From contig JBBRPR010000026.1 of NCBI GenBank assembly GCA_038227875.1, positions 1-64,000 of the forward strand: a DNA stretch of 64,000 bases. The letters are read 5' to 3'. This stretch comes from Planctomycetota bacterium. Its GTDB lineage: Bacteria; Planctomycetota; SZUA-567; H5-PLA8. Under the pieces are notes generated by a model. The model did not search any database. It had not been told where the DNA came from and was given only the letters and a program-made list of their open reading frames with translations. This document shows, one piece after another, positions 19,445 through 29,586 of the stretch. Made by a program: the position numbers and the translations under genes. Position 1 is the first letter of the stretch, and the number at the start of each line of letters is the position of its first letter.

Positions 19445-22400
19445 ATGGGTTGCCGCGGTATCTGGGTTCTCTTCGTTCTGCTTGTCACGCTTGGGTTCAT
19501 GCCAAACGCACGCGCGATGACGCATGTCTGGATAGGGGGACCGACCGGCAGTTGGTCGGTGGGCTCGAACTGGGATACTGGCACACCGAGCAACGGCGAA
19601 CCCGGCGGCGTGGTCCTTCAGTTCGGGTCCGGTATCGCGTCGACGTGCAACATCGCCGGGCTGATCGTGAACCAGATCCATTTCACCGGCACGGGTAACA
19701 CGATTAGCAGCACGGCCGGCGCTCTGGGCATCAATGGGAGCTTCTTCACGATCAATATTCTCGACGACGCCGGCGGCAACACGTTCGATTCAAGTGTGCC
19801 GCTCAATTTGACGGGGCCGACAGTCATCGTCTCCGTAACGGGAGCAACGCCGACCGCGTTCAGTTCGGTGATCAGCGGCGCGAATAGTATCAGCTTCCAA
19901 GGCACCGGAACAGCAACGTTGGGCGTCAACAATACCTACACAGGCACCACGCGTGTGAATTCCGGCACGCTGCAGTTGAACTCCGCTGGTAGTTCGGCGA
20001 TTCCGGGTGACGTTATTATTGGCGACGGTTCTGCGCCGACGGCGACGTTGAAGCTGCTGCAAAGCATCGAAATCATTGACACTGCCAATGTAACGATCAA
20101 TAGCGACGGCGTGTTCGACCTCAATGGCAAGTCGGAGACCGTGGCGCAGATCACGTCTTCCGGCTCGCTGCTTTTCAACGGCGGAACGAACATACTGACG
20201 GCCAGCGCGGTGACGTTGTCGACGGGCGCCAGTGTGGACATAACGGGGGGAACATTCAATCTGACGACGCTGTCGATCAGCGGCGCGTCGATCACCGGCG
20301 GAGCGACATCGAATTTGAAGCTCGGCGGCACGGTCACGGTGCCGGCGGCAAGTTCGGCGACGGCCACTATCGGCGCGAACATTACGCTCAACAACGCCAA
20401 TCGCAGTTTCGTCGTCAATGCCGGGACGGTGCAGCCGGAATTGAAACTGACCGGGAAGATCAGCGACGGCAGCACCACGTCGGGTTTCACCAAGTCCGGC
20501 GACGGCGAGATGGATCTGGTTCACTCGGCGCCCAATACCTATGGCGGACTCACGACGATCGACAAGGGACTGGTCAAAATTAGTTCGACCAATGGCGTGG
20601 TGATTCCCGGTGACATCGTCATCGGCAACGGCACCGATCCGAAGGGTTCGGCGACGCTGATGGATATTCTATCTGCTGATCTGAGCGGGCCAGCGGTGAC
20701 GATCAATCTCTCCGGCGTGTTCGACTTGAACGGACGCTCCGAATTCTTCGCGTCGCTGACCGGCACCGGCGACATCAAACTCGGCGCCGGCAACGGCAAC
20801 CTGAGCGTCGGCGACGCCACCAACACCACTTACGGCGGCATCATTTCCGGGACCGGTACCTTCAGCAAAATCGGCACAGGCAAGCTGACGCTCAGCACGA
20901 GCTCGTCGTTGACGTTTACCGGAACCACGAATGTCTCGGTCGGCACGCTGGAGCTCAATTCCAACACACCGACTGCTGTTTCCAACAACCTGGTGATCGG
21001 TCCCGGCGGCGGCGCGGCCAACAGCGTGGTTGTGCGGCTGCTGCAGTTCAGCGAAATCCCCAATGATGGCGCGGTCACCGTGAACAGCGACGGGTTGCTC
21101 GACCTCAACGGTTTCTCGGACACCATCGGATCTTTGACGGTCAGCGGCAACGTCACGTACTCGACCAATAACCTCACCGCCACCAAATTGACGACCGTGA
21201 ACGGCGGAACGATCACGGGAACGACCGGCAAGTTCGCTCCCAACGGCGGTCTCGCCGGCTCGGGCGGCGGAACGATCAACGGCAATGTGATGCTCAATAA
21301 CGACATCACCGTGTCGGTCACGGCAGGAGCGGCGACGGATTTCACGATCAACGGCCTCGTCAGCGACAACAACATCCCACACGGCTTCACGAAAACCGGC
21401 GCAGGCAAGATGCTGCTGACCGGCGCGGCCAGCAACACCTATTTCGGAGCCACGGTAGTGACGCAGGGGCTGCTCACGATTCAGAACTCCGGCGGCAAGG
21501 CGATCACGGGAGCCATCGTGATCGGCAACGACACCGATCCGGCTGGGATGGCGAAACTGACCGATGGCGGAACCAACATCGTTTCGCCGATCGCGCCGAT
21601 GACCGTCAATACATCTGGAATTTTCGATTTGGGAAACAAGACCGAAAGCATCGGGACCGTGGTCGGCAAGGGTTCGATTACGGGCGCAGGAGGCACGCTT
21701 ACGCTGGGCGGCACCGGTACGGACTTTACGTTCGATGGGACGATTACCGGCAGCGCCGTTCTCACGAAAATCGGAATTGGAGCACTTACGCTGACGAACA
21801 ACAGCACGTTCTCCGGCGGCGTGACGGTCAATGGCGGCACCCTGGTGGTCAATGGAAATGCGCCGAATGCGACGGTCGTTGCGAACGCGAATGGGACGGT
21901 GAAGGGAACCGGAACGGTCGGAAACCTGCAGGGATCGATTGGCACCGTGGCGCCCGGTAACGGCAGCGGCGGAACGCTGACGGCGACGGCCGGCGCGGGC
22001 TTCACCACATTCGGAACGCTGAATTTCGATTTTAGCACGGCCAGCAATTTCTCGACGGTGAAAGTGACGGGCACCGTAATCCTCGCCAATGTGAAACTGG
22101 TCCTGAACGCAGCGACAGGATTCACCGCGCCCGGCAACGGCCATCTGCGTTTAATCGATAACGATGGCACCGACGCAGTCTCTGGGCAGTTCCTGAACCT
22201 GGCCGAAGGCGCGACGGTGATGCTCGGCACGTTGCCCCTGACCGTGACCTATAAGGGCGGCGACGGCAACGACGTCGAACTGATCGCCACGAATCTATTT
22301 CCGCAGGTCGTGTCCAATCCGATCGTGACGCCGTCGCAATTGTTCATCGGTCAGAGCGGCACGTTCTCTGTCGCGGCCAGCGATCCCAACAACGATCCGC

Positions 22401-23122
22401 TGACATTCACCTGGTCGTTTGGCGACGGTTCCAATGGCAATGGCAGTGGCGCGACGCCGGCGCACGCGTACGCGGCGCCAGGTTCGTACACGGTTACCGT
22501 TACCGTTGACGATGGGCAGGGCGGTACAGCATCCGGATCCGCGCAGATCACCGTCGTGCCCGCGATCATCGGCGAAGGTGCTGATAGCGATGGCGACGGT
22601 TTCTCGGATGGAATCGAAAGTGCGGTAGGCACGTCCGCTAACGATCCCAAAGACACGCCGACGGGAAGCGCGGCCGGGAGCATCACGTTGCTGCCAGCGA
22701 CGAAACTTCAAATCAAGCTGAACTTCGCCAAGGCGGGCACGGATGCAATCGCGCTCGCTGGCACGCTGCCGGTGCCGGCGGGATTTGGAATTTCCGGAAA
22801 GAAAGTGGTGTTCGACATCGGCGGCGTGACCCACGGATTTACGCTCAACGAAAAGGGCATCGGCACGGACGGCAAGAACTCGTTTAAGATCGCGATCAAG
22901 GCGAGCAAAGGCGTGGTGGCAGCGCAGACATCGAAGTACTCGCTCAAATTGGCGAACGGCAGCTTCGCCACACCGCTGGCGGCCGCGGGTCTGGCGAACA
23001 AGTCCGACAAGGGTTCGTCGCACACGTTGCGTCTGAGCGCGGTGTTCGCCGCGACGATCTTCCAGGCCGACAAGACGGTGATGTACAAAGCGACGGCAGG
23101 GAAAACGGGTTCGGCCAAGTAG
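19445..23122 (+). CDS. Secreted protein with autotransporter-associated beta-strand repeats, PKD domain, Ca-binding DxDGDG motif and basic C-terminal domain; no beta-barrel
   Basis: Signal peptide ending ARA; repeated KxGxGxLxLxxxNTYxGxTxVxxGxL; WSFGDG; DSDGDGFSD. Confidence 0.88.
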   Translation: MGCRGIWVLFVLLVTLGFMPNARAMTHVWIGGPTGSWSVGSNWDTGTPSNGEPGGVVLQFGSGIASTCNIAGLIVNQIHFTGTGNTISSTAGALGINGSFFTINILDDAGGNTFDSSVPLNLTGPTVIVSVTGATPTAFSSVISGANSISFQGTGTATLGVNNTYTGTTRVNSGTLQLNSAGSSAIPGDVIIGDGSAPTATLKLLQSIEIIDTANVTINSDGVFDLNGKSETVAQITSSGSLLFNGGTNILTASAVTLSTGASVDITGGTFNLTTLSISGASITGGATSNLKLGGTVTVPAASSATATIGANITLNNANRSFVVNAGTVQPELKLTGKISDGSTTSGFTKSGDGEMDLVHSAPNTYGGLTTIDKGLVKISSTNGVVIPGDIVIGNGTDPKGSATLMDILSADLSGPAVTINLSGVFDLNGRSEFFASLTGTGDIKLGAGNGNLSVGDATNTTYGGIISGTGTFSKIGTGKLTLSTSSSLTFTGTTNVSVGTLELNSNTPTAVSNNLVIGPGGGAANSVVVRLLQFSEIPNDGAVTVNSDGLLDLNGFSDTIGSLTVSGNVTYSTNNLTATKLTTVNGGTITGTTGKFAPNGGLAGSGGGTINGNVMLNNDITVSVTAGAATDFTINGLVSDNNIPHGFTKTGAGKMLLTGAASNTYFGATVVTQGLLTIQNSGGKAITGAIVIGNDTDPAGMAKLTDGGTNIVSPIAPMTVNTSGIFDLGNKTESIGTVVGKGSITGAGGTLTLGGTGTDFTFDGTITGSAVLTKIGIGALTLTNNSTFSGGVTVNGGTLVVNGNAPNATVVANANGTVKGTGTVGNLQGSIGTVAPGNGSGGTLTATAGAGFTTFGTLNFDFSTASNFSTVKVTGTVILANVKLVLNAATGFTAPGNGHLRLIDNDGTDAVSGQFLNLAEGATVMLGTLPLTVTYKGGDGNDVELIATNLFPQVVSNPIVTPSQLFIGQSGTFSVAASDPNNDPLTFTWSFGDGSNGNGSGATPAHAYAAPGSYTVTVTVDDGQGGTASGSAQITVVPAIIGEGADSDGDGFSDGIESAVGTSANDPKDTPTGSAAGSITLLPATKLQIKLNFAKAGTDAIALAGTLPVPAGFGISGKKVVFDIGGVTHGFTLNEKGIGTDGKNSFKIAIKASKGVVAAQTSKYSLKLANGSFATPLAAAGLANKSDKGSSHTLRLSAVFAATIFQADKTVMYKATAGKTGSAK

Positions 23123-23325
23123 ACGGGAGCGCGGCACTGCTCATTTCGCATTGCAATCGCGACACCCAGTCGCACGCGCATTAATTGTGCGCGTGAGCCT
23201 GGGAGTGCGACGACTGAGCAAGGCGCGCCGTCCCGCGACCTCTGCTTGCAAACTTGCCTCCGCAAAAGTAGCTTCGTTTGAAGTTCACACCTTCTCTCAC
23301 ACACTTACTCGCGAGGCTTTGAGCC

Positions 23326-24339
23326 ATGACCACGGCGTTGAATTGGGGCATCATGGGGACGGGCAATATTGCCCGCAAGTTTGCCAATGATGTGTTGCAG
23401 GCTCCCGGACAGAAACTCGTCGCGGTGGGGTCGCGGTCGATGGAATCGGCGCGCAAGTTCGGCGGGGATTTCAAGATCGCCAAATGCCACGGCTCGTATC
23501 AGGGTCTCGTCGACGATCCGGACGTCCAGGCGATTTACATCTCGCTGCCCAATCACCTCCATAAGGAATGGACGATCAAATGCGCCGAGGGGAAAAAGCA
23601 TATCCTCTGCGAGAAGCCCTTCAGCGTGAACCGCCGCGAAGCGGACGTGATGCTCGAAGCGGTGAAGGCCAACAATGTCTTCCTGATGGAAGCGTTTATG
23701 TACCGCGCGCATCCTCAGACGTTCAAGCTGCGCGAACTGCTCAAGTCGGGCGTGATCGGCGAAGTCCGCACGATTCACGCGCACTTCAGCTACAACATGG
23801 GGCTGAATTACTCCAACATCCGCCTCTCGAATCCGGCGGCGGGCGGCGGGATCATGGACGTGGGCTGCTACGCCGTCTCCATGTCGCGACTCGCGGCCGG
23901 CTGCGAACCGCTCGAAGCCAAAGCGACGGCGAAGATCGGCGCGGTCAGCCGGGTCGACGAACAGGCGGCCGGCGCGCTGTTTTTCCCGACCGGCGCGGTG
24001 GCGGCGATCACCTGCGGAACACAGGTCGGCGTCGAAAACACGGCCACGATTTACGGCTCGGAAGGCAGCATCCACGTGCCGTCGCCGTGGTTCCCGCCGG
24101 CGAAGGACGCGAAGCTGATCGTCAAGACGAAGTCCGGCGCGCAGGAAGTGATCGTCGACGCCGGCGGCCTGCCGCTCTATGCGGTCGAAGCGCTGCATGT
24201 CGCCGAACACATCGAAAAGAAGCAGGCTCCGGCGATGACGTGGGACGACACGATCGGCAACATGGCCACGCTCGACGCGCTGCGCAAGTCGATCGGGCTG
24301 GTTTTTGATTGCGAAGTGGAGCCGTGGGAAGTGGCGTGA
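23326..24339 (+). CDS. Gfo/Idh/MocA family oxidoreductase
   Basis: WGIMGTGNIA, PNHLH, CEKP, GGGIMDVGCY. Confidence 0.93.
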   Translation: MTTALNWGIMGTGNIARKFANDVLQAPGQKLVAVGSRSMESARKFGGDFKIAKCHGSYQGLVDDPDVQAIYISLPNHLHKEWTIKCAEGKKHILCEKPFSVNRREADVMLEAVKANNVFLMEAFMYRAHPQTFKLRELLKSGVIGEVRTIHAHFSYNMGLNYSNIRLSNPAAGGGIMDVGCYAVSMSRLAAGCEPLEAKATAKIGAVSRVDEQAAGALFFPTGAVAAITCGTQVGVENTATIYGSEGSIHVPSPWFPPAKDAKLIVKTKSGAQEVIVDAGGLPLYAVEALHVAEHIEKKQAPAMTWDDTIGNMATLDALRKSIGLVFDCEVEPWEVA

Positions 24340-24375
24340 ACGGCCGGACGGATGGCATCGGGGATCGGGCGACGG

Positions 24376-24576
24376 CGAACAGATGGCATCGGGGATTGGG
24401 CACCGGGCATCGGTTAATGGGTGTGCCCGGCTGCCTGATTGATTGCCGCTTCGAATTGAATTCATGTACAACGAATAAATGAAAGCGCGTACTCAACTCG
24501 TCGCGGGACTTGGTTCTGCAGCCGGTTTTGCCAATTAACCGATGCCTGATGCCCGATCCCCGATGCCATCTGTTCG
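24376..24576. repeat. MITE-like inverted-repeat element with heptamer (GCATCGG/GGATCGG) arms
   Basis: About 43-bp arms CGAACAGATGGCATCGGGGA...CATCGGTTAAT, inverted, flanking an AT-richer core. Confidence 0.8.
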
Positions 24577-24588
24577 AACGTTAGAACG

Positions 24589-25623
<1,035 letters not shown>

Positions 25624-25625
25624 GA

Positions 25626-26420
25626 TTAGCCTATTCTCCTGCCGCCGTTTTCGTTGGCGAGCGCTTCCATTTCGGCGAGGCGGTGTTCGATCTTGAATTT
25701 CTTCAGCCAGGCGAGCACGAGTTCGCGGTCGTAGGGTTTCTGAAGGCGAAGCAGCCCTTGCAGATCCGCCTTGTCTTGGTCGCGATAGGCCTTCATCTTC
25801 AAGACCAACATCGCTTCATAACTGGCCACGCGAACGCGCACCCCGTTGATTTTTGTTTCGATCCCGGTGGCATGGATGAATGCGACGTATTCGCTGGAAG
25901 CCACCAGCAAATCAACATCCACGGGCGCAGCGTCAGGAAGTCCGTATTGAAGGGGCGACCACCAAAACTCCGCGTCCGGGGGCATGAAACTGGGGCGCTC
26001 GTACGAATGTTGCATCACACCATGCTGCTTCAGTGCGTCGTAGACCGGCTGAAGCCGCTCTGGATCTTCCACCAGAAAAAAATCGACGTCGCGGGTGGCT
26101 CGCTGGCGGCCGTGGTAGTTCATCGCCAGACCGCCGCCAAGAACCCAATTTCCGTTCCATTGGTTTAGCGCTTGGGCGCAATGCGTAAGCGCCGCCAGTA
26201 AATGCGCAGGCTGTGGAACTTGTGCCGATTCAATTCCATATCCTTCCGGAGCATCAGCCACCACCATGCCCTCCTGAAAGCACCGCGTGATGATATAGCA
26301 GGATTCATACAACCCCAGCCATCCGTCAATCGCGCGCAGCATCCGGGGATCGTCGGACTTCACGGTGGGCGTGACGTACTCATAGTCCGCCACGTCAAAT
26401 TTTTTCAAAGACTTTGGCAT
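25626..26420 (-). CDS. Nucleotidyltransferase (AbiEii/AbiGii-like, pol-beta fold) with N-terminal extension
   Basis: VLGGGLAMNYHG, RATRDVDF, VDLL, LVLKMKAYRDQDKADL. Confidence 0.75.
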   Translation of the reverse strand: MPKSLKKFDVADYEYVTPTVKSDDPRMLRAIDGWLGLYESCYIITRCFQEGMVVADAPEGYGIESAQVPQPAHLLAALTHCAQALNQWNGNWVLGGGLAMNYHGRQRATRDVDFFLVEDPERLQPVYDALKQHGVMQHSYERPSFMPPDAEFWWSPLQYGLPDAAPVDVDLLVASSEYVAFIHATGIETKINGVRVRVASYEAMLVLKMKAYRDQDKADLQGLLRLQKPYDRELVLAWLKKFKIEHRLAEMEALANENGGRRIG

Positions 26421-26430
26421 ACGCCATCCC

Positions 26431-26463
26431 AACTCAAAACTAAAAACTCAACACTCAAAACTA
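26431..26463. repeat. Heptamer tandem array (AAAACTC-like)
   Basis: AACTC-AAAACTA-AAAACTC-AACACTC-AAAACTA; 21 bp identical to 29566-29586. Confidence 0.8.
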
Positions 26464-26492
26464 TCGAAAAACTCCGCCGCTCGCCTGGCGCA

Positions 26493-27146
26493 TCATTCCG
26501 CGTATTTCATCGCGCGCCGCACCACGTCCTGTACTGACGGACGCGCGGAACTCTTCGCCGAAAGTTCGCTGAACGCGCGCTGCACGGCTTGCAAGGCGAC
26601 GTCCGGCTCGACCATCTGCAACTGGCAGACGACTTTCACCGCCGCGTCGGTGTCTTCGTCGAGACCCGGCATGATGACCGGCGCGGGCGGCAGCGCGCCG
26701 TCCTTGCCCGGTTTCTGCGCGGGCGCGGGATCGGCGACGGGCTGGTGGATCAAGATCTTGCCCAGCGCCAGCACGATCTTCTTGGCGGTGCCTTCGCCGA
26801 CGCCCTTGATGCGCTTCAAGCTGGCGAAATCGCCCAGCCGGATCGCCTGTTGAATGTCCTGCACGCGCCCGCCGGAAAGCACGGCCAGCGCCATCTTCGG
26901 GCCGACGCCGTTGACAGTCATCAGTTGGAGGAAGAATTCGCGCTCGGCTTCGGTCAGGAACCCGAACAACGTGTGCGCATCGTCGGTAACATGCAAATAG
27001 GCGAGCAGCTTGACGCGCTGTCCTAACGCAGGAAGGGCGTGCGCGGTGGAGGCCGGAATGCGGAGAATGAAGCCCACGCCGTTGGCGTCGACGACCGCAT
27101 CGGTGGACGTGCGGGATTCCAAGACGCCACCAATGTGATTGTACAT
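26493..27146 (-). CDS. ruvA: Holliday junction branch migration protein RuvA
   Basis: VVDANGVGF, LFGF, VNGVGPKMALAVLS, IKGVGEGTAKKIV HhH motifs. Confidence 0.95.
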   Translation of the reverse strand: MYNHIGGVLESRTSTDAVVDANGVGFILRIPASTAHALPALGQRVKLLAYLHVTDDAHTLFGFLTEAEREFFLQLMTVNGVGPKMALAVLSGGRVQDIQQAIRLGDFASLKRIKGVGEGTAKKIVLALGKILIHQPVADPAPAQKPGKDGALPPAPVIMPGLDEDTDAAVKVVCQLQMVEPDVALQAVQRAFSELSAKSSARPSVQDVVRRAMKYAE

Positions 27147-27266
27147 GCGTACCTCAGTGAATAGTGCTCATGAGCAACTTGCCGTAGAGGCGGATTGAAG
27201 CAAGTTTTTTTCGGATCGGCGTCGAAAAAGCTTGCCAGTTTCGCCCGCGGGTTTAGATAAAAAAGC

Positions 27267-27926
27267 ATGAACGCGCGGCAAAGCCCAACTCCTGCGCCCG
27301 GCCCGGACCTGCTCGCACGCTACTTGAATGCGTACCTGCAGGCGCGGCAAATGAGCGACGTCGAACGCCCCTGGGGGCTCGGCGACGACGGCTTGGATGC
27401 GCTCTGGACGCGCCTGACTCAGGCGCTCAACGGTGGCGATCCCGAACGACTCAACCAGATTGTCGCCACGCAAGTCAGCGACACCGAACGCGCGCGCATC
27501 GTCGAGACCATCGTGCCGCTGATCTTCGCGCTGCCGTTGCGCGACTACCCGGCCGAATTGCGGGCGACCTGCAGCGGCCCGCGCCTGATGCTGACGCTCA
27601 AGCATCCCGCGCCTCCCGGAACTCGGCCGGAATGCGCGGAAGACTCTCCGGAGTCCGACGCCGTGCCCGAAAAAGAGAAGACTTCGAAACGGAAAGCCAG
27701 ACCGAAGGACATCGAGGACATTGTAGGATACCTGCCCGCCGCACTCACCCCCGCCTTCGCTGATTACCTCAAACGTGTCCTGCGCTGGAATGACGACAAA
27801 CACTTCTGCGTGGTCACAATCTCGTCCGGTGGACGCCGGAGGCGCGTGCGCGTGACTTTGCTGGCGCGCGGACGCGGGATTAAAATCCGCTTTTTGGAAC
27901 GTGTCCATTCCCCGCACGACGAGTAA
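27267..27926 (+). CDS. Hypothetical protein
   Basis: 219-aa ORF with genome-typical codon bias filling the gap, divergent from ruvA. Confidence 0.6.
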   Translation: MNARQSPTPAPGPDLLARYLNAYLQARQMSDVERPWGLGDDGLDALWTRLTQALNGGDPERLNQIVATQVSDTERARIVETIVPLIFALPLRDYPAELRATCSGPRLMLTLKHPAPPGTRPECAEDSPESDAVPEKEKTSKRKARPKDIEDIVGYLPAALTPAFADYLKRVLRWNDDKHFCVVTISSGGRRRRVRVTLLARGRGIKIRFLERVHSPHDE

Positions 27927-27990
27927 ACTCTCCCGTTAGTTCTGCAGGAATCTGCCCGCATTCTAAATTCTAAAAGAGGAGAGAGGCGTC

Positions 27991-28503
27991 ATGAATTCCA
28001 AATGGGTTTTGCTTGTGCTGTGCGCCGGAATCTTAAGCCTGGCCGCGCGTGCCGGAGAGGCCGCCGCCGAATTGAAAGTCGGCGATCCCGCACCGGATGT
28101 CACGACCACTGACGAAGCGGGCAAGGAAGTGAAGCTTTCGTCGTTCAAGGACAAACAGGGCGTCGTCATCTTCTTCTTCCCGAAGGCGTTTACGGGCGGC
28201 TGCACGGCGGAAACCTGCGGCTTCCGCGATGCGGCCGCCGAATACACCGCGCGCGGTTACGCGCTGGTCGGCGCCTCGCGCGATCCGTCCGACGTGCTGA
28301 CGAAGTTCAAGGAAGAGAACAAAGCGCCGTACGGATTTTTCTCCGATCCGAAAGGCGATCTGGCGAAGTCGCTGGGCCTGACTCCCGGCGCGCGGCAGAC
28401 GATCGTCATCGGCAAGGACGGCAAGGTGGAGCACATTTACAAATCGGTCCAGCCGCTGACGCACCCGAAGGACGTGCTGAAGGATCTGCCGGAGAAGAAG
28501 TAG
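27991..28503 (+). CDS. bcp: Peroxiredoxin (Bcp/PrxQ) with signal peptide
   Basis: FFPKAFTGGCTAETCGF; N-terminal signal; GAGGAG RBS. Confidence 0.88.
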   Translation: MNSKWVLLVLCAGILSLAARAGEAAAELKVGDPAPDVTTTDEAGKEVKLSSFKDKQGVVIFFFPKAFTGGCTAETCGFRDAAAEYTARGYALVGASRDPSDVLTKFKEENKAPYGFFSDPKGDLAKSLGLTPGARQTIVIGKDGKVEHIYKSVQPLTHPKDVLKDLPEKK

Positions 28504-28550
28504 GTCTTCATCACGCAAAGCCGCGAAGTCGCAAAGAACTGCTTAACAGA

Positions 28551-28621
28551 CGGGATTTGGGACTCGGGACTCGGGATTCGCCGCCATCTTGCGAATGCCG
28601 AGTCCCGAATCCCGAATCCCG
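28551..28621. repeat. Inverted heptamer array (CGGGACT/CGGGATT versus AATCCCG)
   Basis: CGGGATTTGGGACTCGGGACTCGGGATTCG ... CGAGTCCCGAATCCCGAATCCCG between convergent genes. Confidence 0.8.
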
Positions 28622-28641
28622 CTTTGCTTGAGATCAAGAAA

Positions 28642-29532
28642 CTAGTCGCGCGGGAAAACGTACGGCTTGCATTCCCGCTCGACGATGCGGCGGAATTCCG
28701 GGATCAGTTTTTTCGTAATCGGGCCGGGCTTGCCGTTGCCGACTTCATTTTCGCCGACGCGGACCAGCGGCGTAATCTCGCGCATCGAGCCGGTGAGGAA
28801 GGCTTCCTCGGAACGGTAGGCGTCCCAGGGGCTCAGCACGGTCTGGACCACGGGGATGCCGAGATTGCCGGCGGCTTCGAGCACGGTCAGTTGCGCGATT
28901 CCCGGAAGCGCGCCGACGCGCGCGGGGTCGGGGATCGTCAGCGTGCCGTCGCGGACCAGCGAGATATTCGAGGCGCTGCCTTCGCAGAGCAGGCCGGCAT
29001 TGTTGAGCATCAGCGCTTCGTCGGCGTGCGCGGCGTCGGCTTCGCGGCGCGCAAGGATCTGTTCGATGTAATTGAGCGTCTTGAGCATCGCCGTCGCCGC
29101 GGATTCCTGGCGGCGAAAGGTTGCGATGATCGCGTGCACGCCCTCGTGCAGCTTCGCCGCCGGCGGGCGCTCGTAGCGCGTCACCGTGATCACGACCGTC
29201 GGCGTGAACGGACCGCGGATCGACGGCCCGCGCGGTCCGGTGCCGCGCGTCACGGTCATGCGGACGTTGGCTTCGGGATATTTCGCGGAGTCAACAGCGG
29301 CCTGGAGCCACTTCTCCAGCGTGGACGTTTTCGGGAAATCGGAAAACGAGAGGACCGCCGCACCCTTCTTCATGCGGTCCAGATGTTGCTCAAGGCGGAA
29401 GAGCGTTCGACCGTAGGCATGCATCGTTTCGAACAGGCCGTCGCCATAGAGAAAACCGCGATCGGTCACCGAGACCACCGCGTCCCGTTCGGCCACGATC
29501 CTGCCATTCAAACTGTAAACCGTCTCGTCCAT
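28642..29532 (-). CDS. Class IV aminotransferase, probable 4-amino-4-deoxychorismate lyase (PabC/IlvE family)
   Basis: DRGFLYGDGLFET, KTLNY, EGSASN, LPGI, EAFLT; follows a PabB-like gene. Confidence 0.85.
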   Translation of the reverse strand: MDETVYSLNGRIVAERDAVVSVTDRGFLYGDGLFETMHAYGRTLFRLEQHLDRMKKGAAVLSFSDFPKTSTLEKWLQAAVDSAKYPEANVRMTVTRGTGPRGPSIRGPFTPTVVITVTRYERPPAAKLHEGVHAIIATFRRQESAATAMLKTLNYIEQILARREADAAHADEALMLNNAGLLCEGSASNISLVRDGTLTIPDPARVGALPGIAQLTVLEAAGNLGIPVVQTVLSPWDAYRSEEAFLTGSMREITPLVRVGENEVGNGKPGPITKKLIPEFRRIVERECKPYVFPRD

Positions 29533-29558
29533 GTTCAGTTCATGCCCTCGCTTGCAAC

Positions 29559-29586
29559 AAAACTCAAAACTCAACACTCAAAACTA
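29559..29586. repeat. Heptamer tandem array (AAAACTC) overlapping the pabB stop codon
   Basis: AAAACTC-AAAACTC-AACACTC-AAAACTA. Confidence 0.8.

Noticed and set aside
19445..23122. Classical type V autotransporter
   Set aside because: No C-terminal beta-barrel or terminal aromatic residue
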